Program-made: the position numbers and the translations under genes
Shown here: positions 59,183 through 64,000 of the stretch, piece by piece
Position numbering within the stretch: position 1 is the first letter of the stretch
Layout: each line of letters opens with the position of its first letter
From: an uncultured delta proteobacterium
Lineage (GTDB): Bacteria > Desulfobacterota > Syntrophia > Syntrophales > Smithellaceae
Assembly: GCA_963753975.1 (NCBI GenBank)
Contig: CAVWEH010000001.1
Coordinates: forward strand, 128,001 to 192,000
DNA: 64,000 nucleotides
Direction: 5' to 3'
Notes under the pieces: generated by a model
Database searches by the model: none
What the model was told of the DNA's origin: nothing
Seen by the model: the letters and a program-made list of their open reading frames with translations, nothing else

Positions 59183-59375
59183 ATCACGGGAACCCCCAAT
59201 TCAAGCTGCGGGGTCCCCTCCGCTTTGCGGGATTGTCCACCGCTTCCAAGCGGTATAATTCGACTTGCAAATTTCAGTTCACTGCGTTTCTGAAATTTGA
59301 GTCTCATTACAACTTGCCGATTCCGACGTGTGACCTTCAGGTTATATGCTTCACTTTCGGAATTGGAGTTTCGCA
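59183..59375 (+). repeat. Repeat family A copy
   Basis: ATCACGGG...CAAGCTGCGG...CCCTCCGCTTTGCGGGATTGT...AATTGGAGTTTCGCA, with internal AAATTTGAGTCTCATTACAACTT module. Confidence 0.8.
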
Positions 59376-59538
59376 AATAAATATCTTGCATTTTTCCCAA
59401 TTATTGATAAAAGCCGCCTCATTTAATGAGGGTTGGGTAACTTTTTTATATATGATATAAGAAATTTGCCAATAATCAATAATTGTCTTAATTTACAGGA
59501 CAATAATTTTTGTGTCAAGACCTTTGCCGGGATAGAAA

Positions 59539-59650
59539 ATCACGGGTATGAAAACCCAAAGCAAGCTGCGGAATATTATACCCTCCGCTTTGCGGGATTG
59601 TTCAACTTGCCAATTCCGCTACGCTTCGCTTTCGAAATTGGAGTTTCACA
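59539..59650 (+). repeat. Repeat family A copy (minimal form)
   Basis: ATCACGGGTATGAAAACCCAAAGCAAGCTGCGG...GAAATTGGAGTTTCACA. Confidence 0.85.
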
Positions 59651-59657
59651 AATAAAC

Positions 59658-60725
59658 ATGAATAGGATAAGAGTTAAAGCTGGTGAGCGAGTTTACAAAA
59701 TTATCAAGGATGGCGGTTTTGATCTAAATTCCGTTTCGACGTATTATGGGGCGGCAGTAGGGCCAAGATGGTTGATTGCCAGTGGCTTTGATTTAACTCT
59801 CTTGAAAGGCGGATTTTTAGGCCGTTCCAGAGCAGTTAATTTGGTTGGTTCCTCTGCCGGAGCGTGGCGTTTCGCCGCCTGGCTACAACCGGAAGCTGCG
59901 CAATGTTATCAGAAACTTTTAAATGCCTATATAAATACAAGATACTTCCGAAAAGATAATCCTTCCAGCGTGTTGCAAAAAATTACCGGCCTCATTAATG
60001 AATATCTGGAAGACGACGCGTTGCCTTTTGCTTTAGCGAATAAAAGGTATCGTTTAGCCATAATTACCGCCCGGTCACGCGGTCTTGTTGCTTCAGAAAC
60101 TCAGTGGTTACAGAAAGTAGGTTTGGTAACTTGCTATTTATTTAATCGCCTCAGCCGCAATAATATTTACCATTTTGCGGAGAGGGTTGTATTTTATAAT
60201 TGTTCCATGCCGCCTCCCTTTTGTTTACAGCCGCAGTTCCGCGGCCGCTATGTAAGAATCAATGAAATCAATTTTAAGTACGCGGTAATGGCATCGGGAG
60301 CCATACCTCTTGTTGTTGCCGGCGTGCGCAACATTTATGGTGCTCCACGCGGCATTTACCGTGACGGCGGGCTCATTGATTATCATCTTACGCACCAATT
60401 TGCCGCTAAAGAAAACGAAACAGTGCTTTTCTTTCATCATCAGGAACGGATCATTCCGGGCTGGCTCGATAAAAATCTGATGCACCGTGTGCCGGACGAG
60501 GAAACATTAAGCAATGTCTTGATGGTATTTCCCACACAAAATTTTGTGGAAAAGCTTCCGGGTGAAAAAGTTCCCGAACGCGCTGATTTTCTCGCCTACC
60601 TTGATGATCAGGAAACAAGAATTAAAAATTGGTATAAAGCCGTGGAATTGTCTGCCCCGCTGGGCGAGGATTTTATAGAATTGGTGGAAAGCGGCAGGCT
60701 AAAGGACGTGGTCGAAAGACTCTAA
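59658..60725 (+). CDS. Patatin-like phospholipase fold protein
   Basis: GAAVGPRWL, GSSAG nucleophile, ASGAIP, DGG. Start MNRIRV. Confidence 0.75.
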   Translation: MNRIRVKAGERVYKIIKDGGFDLNSVSTYYGAAVGPRWLIASGFDLTLLKGGFLGRSRAVNLVGSSAGAWRFAAWLQPEAAQCYQKLLNAYINTRYFRKDNPSSVLQKITGLINEYLEDDALPFALANKRYRLAIITARSRGLVASETQWLQKVGLVTCYLFNRLSRNNIYHFAERVVFYNCSMPPPFCLQPQFRGRYVRINEINFKYAVMASGAIPLVVAGVRNIYGAPRGIYRDGGLIDYHLTHQFAAKENETVLFFHHQERIIPGWLDKNLMHRVPDEETLSNVLMVFPTQNFVEKLPGEKVPERADFLAYLDDQETRIKNWYKAVELSAPLGEDFIELVESGRLKDVVERL

Positions 60726-60748
60726 ACAAACTTGCCACCCCTCAAATA

Positions 60749-61675
60749 ATGGATTTATCAGATAGCGTTTTCGCACTCAAAGAAATATTCGAGGATTGCG
60801 TGCTTTGTCCCCGCCAGTGTCATGTCGACCGTACCAGAGGAGAATTAGGCTATTGCCGCCTGCCGGCGAAGATCGTTATGGATTGCGCGCTGGCGCATCA
60901 CGGCGAGGAGCCGCCGCTATCCGGGAAAAACGGTGCAGGTACTATCTTTTTTTCTTCGTGCAATTTGGGCTGCATCTATTGTCAAAATTATCAAATATCG
61001 CACAATACCTGCGGTAAAGAGCTCAGCGTAAGCCAAATGGCCGATGTAATGTTGGATTTGCAGGAACGTCATTGCCACAATATTGAGCCGGTGACACCGA
61101 CACCGCAAACGCCGCTAATTATGGATGCTCTTCTTCTAGCGCGTAACAGTGGGCTTACGATTCCTTTCGTCTATAATTGCGGTGGCTACGAAAATCCGGA
61201 AATTATCAAAATGCTTTCGGGCATGGTGGAAATTTATCTGCCGGATTTCAAATACGGCCTGGAAGAGGACGCCGTGGTATTTTCTTCGGCGCCGCGGTAT
61301 CCGCGATTTGCACTGGATTCTTTAAAAGAAATGGTGCGTCAGGTAGGCGACGATTTGGAGCTGGAAAATGATGTGGCGAAAAAAGGAGTAATTGTCCGCC
61401 ATTTGGTTTTGCCCGGCAGAATGGAAAACTCGAAAGAAGCTCTTAGGCTCATCAAAAAGGAAATATCCACATCGGTTCCCATAAGCCTCATGTCTCAGTA
61501 CACGCCTATGGACAAGGTACGTCAGCATCCGCTTTTGGGACGCCGAATCACAAAAAACGAGTACAAGCAAATTTTGGATTACGCGCTGAAATTAGGTTTT
61601 GAAAATCTTTTTGTTCAAGAAGTAAACAATTTCAAGCTAATTCCCGATTTTGACAGAGATAATCCCTTTGATTAA
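60749..61675 (+). CDS. PflX-like radical SAM protein
   Basis: CVLCPRQC, HHGEEP, GTIFFSSCNLGCIYCQN, YLPDFKY, VRHLVLPG, MSQYTP. Confidence 0.88.
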   Translation: MDLSDSVFALKEIFEDCVLCPRQCHVDRTRGELGYCRLPAKIVMDCALAHHGEEPPLSGKNGAGTIFFSSCNLGCIYCQNYQISHNTCGKELSVSQMADVMLDLQERHCHNIEPVTPTPQTPLIMDALLLARNSGLTIPFVYNCGGYENPEIIKMLSGMVEIYLPDFKYGLEEDAVVFSSAPRYPRFALDSLKEMVRQVGDDLELENDVAKKGVIVRHLVLPGRMENSKEALRLIKKEISTSVPISLMSQYTPMDKVRQHPLLGRRITKNEYKQILDYALKLGFENLFVQEVNNFKLIPDFDRDNPFD

Positions 61676-61678
61676 TTG

Positions 61679-61803
61679 ATACCAATTCGCACTCATTCGT
61701 CTACCTTTGTTGGCATCGTCATCGGCTCCTCGACGTATTGTACTATACGACTGCGTCGCCTTTTCCTTGCCGCCTCGGTATACTTTTGACTGCACATTGG
61801 TAT
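61679..61803 (+). repeat. Repeat family B copy
   Basis: ATACCAAT...ATTGGTAT termini; CTTTGTTGGCATCGTC and TCCTTGCCGCCTCG shared with 20964-21086. Confidence 0.8.
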
Positions 61804-61859
61804 AAATTGCGTTTGAGTGGATAACGAAAAAATCAGCCGGAGTAAACGATCAGCTCTGT

Positions 61860-62186
61860 TTATCTACCTTCGCGTTCACTTTTCCACATTATTATTACTT
61901 TTCTAGCAAGAAAAAATACCAAAACAGTATTTATAATTGCACATATTAGCAGAATTATTTTTTTATCAACATGTACGAATTCAAAATTAAATATAACTTC
62001 TATTAAATTGAGAGGAAATGCTATGAGAAAGCTCCACGGCATCGTTAATATACCTATGAACATGGCGGAAAATTTGTCCCCAGGTCGTGATATCATGAAA
62101 GAAAATGCCCAAACGCACGATACAACATATAGGATACATAATATGCTGGGCACCAATAACTCCCGTTTGAACATGTCAAACCTCAT
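61860..62186 (-). CDS. Small membrane protein, AT-rich, gene-cassette-like
   Basis: 108 aa, three hydrophobic segments; GTTATGC upstream and an attC-like half site downstream. Confidence 0.6.
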   Translation of the reverse strand: MRFDMFKRELLVPSILCILYVVSCVWAFSFMISRPGDKFSAMFIGILTMPWSFLIAFPLNLIEVIFNFEFVHVDKKIILLICAIINTVLVFFLARKVIIMWKSEREGR

Positions 62187-62309
62187 CTTGAACTTTCACA
62201 TGGCATAACAATTAATATACTTGGTTGATATTTTCCGGACTTTTGTGCAAGTTTACTTTATTTGATAAAAAATGAAAAGAGAAGCTTCCATAATGCTTGA
62301 TTAGTATTT

Positions 62310-63062
62310 CTAAGGCATATCAAAAATGCTAACGCCGGCTGGCGGTTGAAATTGAAACATTTTATCAGTAAGTCCGTTGTTGATGAGTATATTGGAAAAT
62401 TTTACCGAAGTGGAGTTACCGAATGTATCGTTGAAGCTAACCTGCAATATATAAAATTTATCTTTATGCACGGTGATTTGAATAGGATTGAGAATACTAT
62501 TCTTTTCGAGAGGAGTTAGCAGCAATAAATAATTTCCATTTTTGTCCAAAGCTTTAGGATCAGCATAGGTGATGGCAAAATCGTCTTTTAATTTTCCTAA
62601 ACCGGATAGAAATCTGATTAACGCTTTAGATTGGAAAATATTGTCCGCTTTTTGCCGATAGGCTGACTTTTCTTGCGGAAGATATAGCCATGCCGTATGC
62701 TGATTAATTACCAGTTTTTTTGCTCTGGGTTTTGTATAATCCCACAGCATGTTCTTCGGATTTTTGAAGAAAACGCGCCCTTCTTCTATTTCCGTCTTCT
62801 TTATCGATCTAACCGTTGTTTCTTGAAGAAAATTAGCCTTAAAATCCCCCGTATTCTCGTAAGTATGCTGTAATTTTTGGACAACATCGTCGATTAGAGG
62901 AAGTTCTTCGGCCGGGACAATGCCGGGTAAAGATATTATCAAAAACAGAGCGACAATTAGCCAAAAACTGGCTTTAATTGATGTAACTATTTCATTTGGC
63001 TTAAGAAAATTTTTGCTTATTTTTTTATAAAAAAAATCAAAGTACGAGATCATAAATGGCAC
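62310..63062 (-). CDS. lolA: Outer membrane lipoprotein carrier LolA family
   Basis: FKANFLQET, GRVFFKNPKNMLWDY, FQFQPPAGV. Start codon uncertain. Confidence 0.82.
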   Translation of the reverse strand: MPFMISYFDFFYKKISKNFLKPNEIVTSIKASFWLIVALFLIISLPGIVPAEELPLIDDVVQKLQHTYENTGDFKANFLQETTVRSIKKTEIEEGRVFFKNPKNMLWDYTKPRAKKLVINQHTAWLYLPQEKSAYRQKADNIFQSKALIRFLSGLGKLKDDFAITYADPKALDKNGNYLLLLTPLEKNSILNPIQITVHKDKFYILQVSFNDTFGNSTSVKFSNILINNGLTDKMFQFQPPAGVSIFDMP

Positions 63063-63220
63063 ATTTTTTTCTAGGGAGTTTATATCTGTTTCTTTTGCTT
63101 CCTTATAAGTGGCGGTGATGACAGGGTATATTTATAAACAATTGATTTTATTTAATATTTATCTTGCTCAAACCTTAGGCAATTTGGTATAGAATCGCGC
63201 CAATTACGGACTGGCGGGGA

Positions 63221-63266
63221 TTATCAACAGTGATATCAACAGCCTTTTCCACAGATTTGTGGAATA
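63221..63266. promoter_or_regulatory. Cluster of DnaA-box-like 9-mers
   Basis: TTATCAACA (63221), ATATCAACA (63233), TTTTCCACA (63245) and inverted TGTGGAATA (63258). Confidence 0.5.
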
Positions 63267-63326
63267 CAAATCCAAGTGCCTGTATCCAAGGGGGAAAATC
63301 TATGGTCATCATTTTTTGGTATAGTA

Positions 63327-64000
63327 CTAGCCATGGATTTTGACGCGCCAGCCGAATTTATCTTCCTTCAATCCGTATTGGATTTGCACAATTTCATTAT
63401 ATAGTTTTTCGGCCAGAGGACCGGTTTTTCCAGAGTTGATTATATATTCTCTGCCGCGAAAATAAATTTGACCGACCGGTGAAACAATTGCCGCTGTTCC
63501 CGAGGCAAAAACTTCTTTTAGGGTGCCCTTTTTGTAAGCGGCCATAATTTCATCTACCGAGAGCGGACGCTCCGCAACTTTCACTCCAAAATGACGGGCC
63601 AGTTGAATGACGGAGTGACGAGTGACACCCGGCAGAATTGTTCCGGTGAGCGCCGGAGTAATCAGTTCATCGCCAATCACAAAAAAAATGTTGCTTGTTC
63701 CGACTTCTTCCACGTATTTCTTTTCCCTGGCATCAAGCCATAAAACCTGAGTATACCCCATATTTGTGGCAATGCGGCTGGCATAAAGGCTGGCAGCATA
63801 GTTGCCTGCTGCTTTGGTGTGGCCGGTTCCGCCGGCCGCCGCCCGCACATGCTCCTCTGAAACATAAATTTTTGTCGGCGAAAACCCCTGCGGATAATAA
63901 GCTCCCACCGGTCCGACGACAATAAAAAATAGATATTCATGAGCCGGATGAACTCCCAGTGCCGCTTCCGTGGCAATCATGGTCGGACGAATGTATAAAG
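63327..64000 (-). CDS. ilvE: Branched-chain amino acid aminotransferase (5' part outside the window)
   Basis: YIRPTMIAT, KAAGNYAAS, EEVGTSNIF, ILPGVTR, EVFASGTAA. Confidence 0.95.
   Translation of the reverse strand, partial: LYIRPTMIATEAALGVHPAHEYLFFIVVGPVGAYYPQGFSPTKIYVSEEHVRAAAGGTGHTKAAGNYAASLYASRIATNMGYTQVLWLDAREKKYVEEVGTSNIFFVIGDELITPALTGTILPGVTRHSVIQLARHFGVKVAERPLSVDEIMAAYKKGTLKEVFASGTAAIVSPVGQIYFRGREYIINSGKTGPLAEKLYNEIVQIQYGLKEDKFGWRVKIHG

Noticed and set aside
59176..59657. Short ORFs here and the patatin N-terminal extension
   Set aside because: They are translations of two family A repeats.
1..64000. tRNA, rRNA, transposase, integrase, phage or defence genes
   Set aside because: None recognised by eye; tRNAscan-SE and HMM searches would be needed to exclude them.

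Overview
Chromosomal window from an anaerobic bacterium. The gene content (beta-oxidation enzymes, ADP-forming acyl-CoA synthetase, cydAB, rubredoxin fusions) suggests a syntrophic Desulfobacterota/Syntrophales organism such as Smithella; this is an inference. Housekeeping genes at the ends are mnmA, nadD, proA, lolA and ilvE. Highlights: (1) a 13-gene minus-strand specialised lipid cluster (21091-31925) with two ACPs, two intact FabF-type ketosynthases, two hotdog dehydratases, a thioesterase, a B12-binding radical SAM enzyme, a tandem pair of paralogous radical SAM enzymes and its own PlsY; (2) a 1439-aa PlsA/Ger-type ether-lipid synthase homologue about 9 kb away; (3) two families of dispersed palindromic repeats, with one copy inserted in-frame (37 codons) inside a YgiQ radical SAM gene; (4) two AT-rich cassette-like genes with integron-type core sites and a shared upstream motif but no integrase; (5) a phased DnaA-box cluster between lolA and ilvE; (6) a DUF2064/GT2/DedA/flavoprotein neighbourhood lacking its usual radical SAM partner. 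Four genes carry single-base indels, most likely sequencing errors. No rRNA, tRNA, CRISPR array or transposase was recognised. All family assignments come from motif reading by eye, not database searches.
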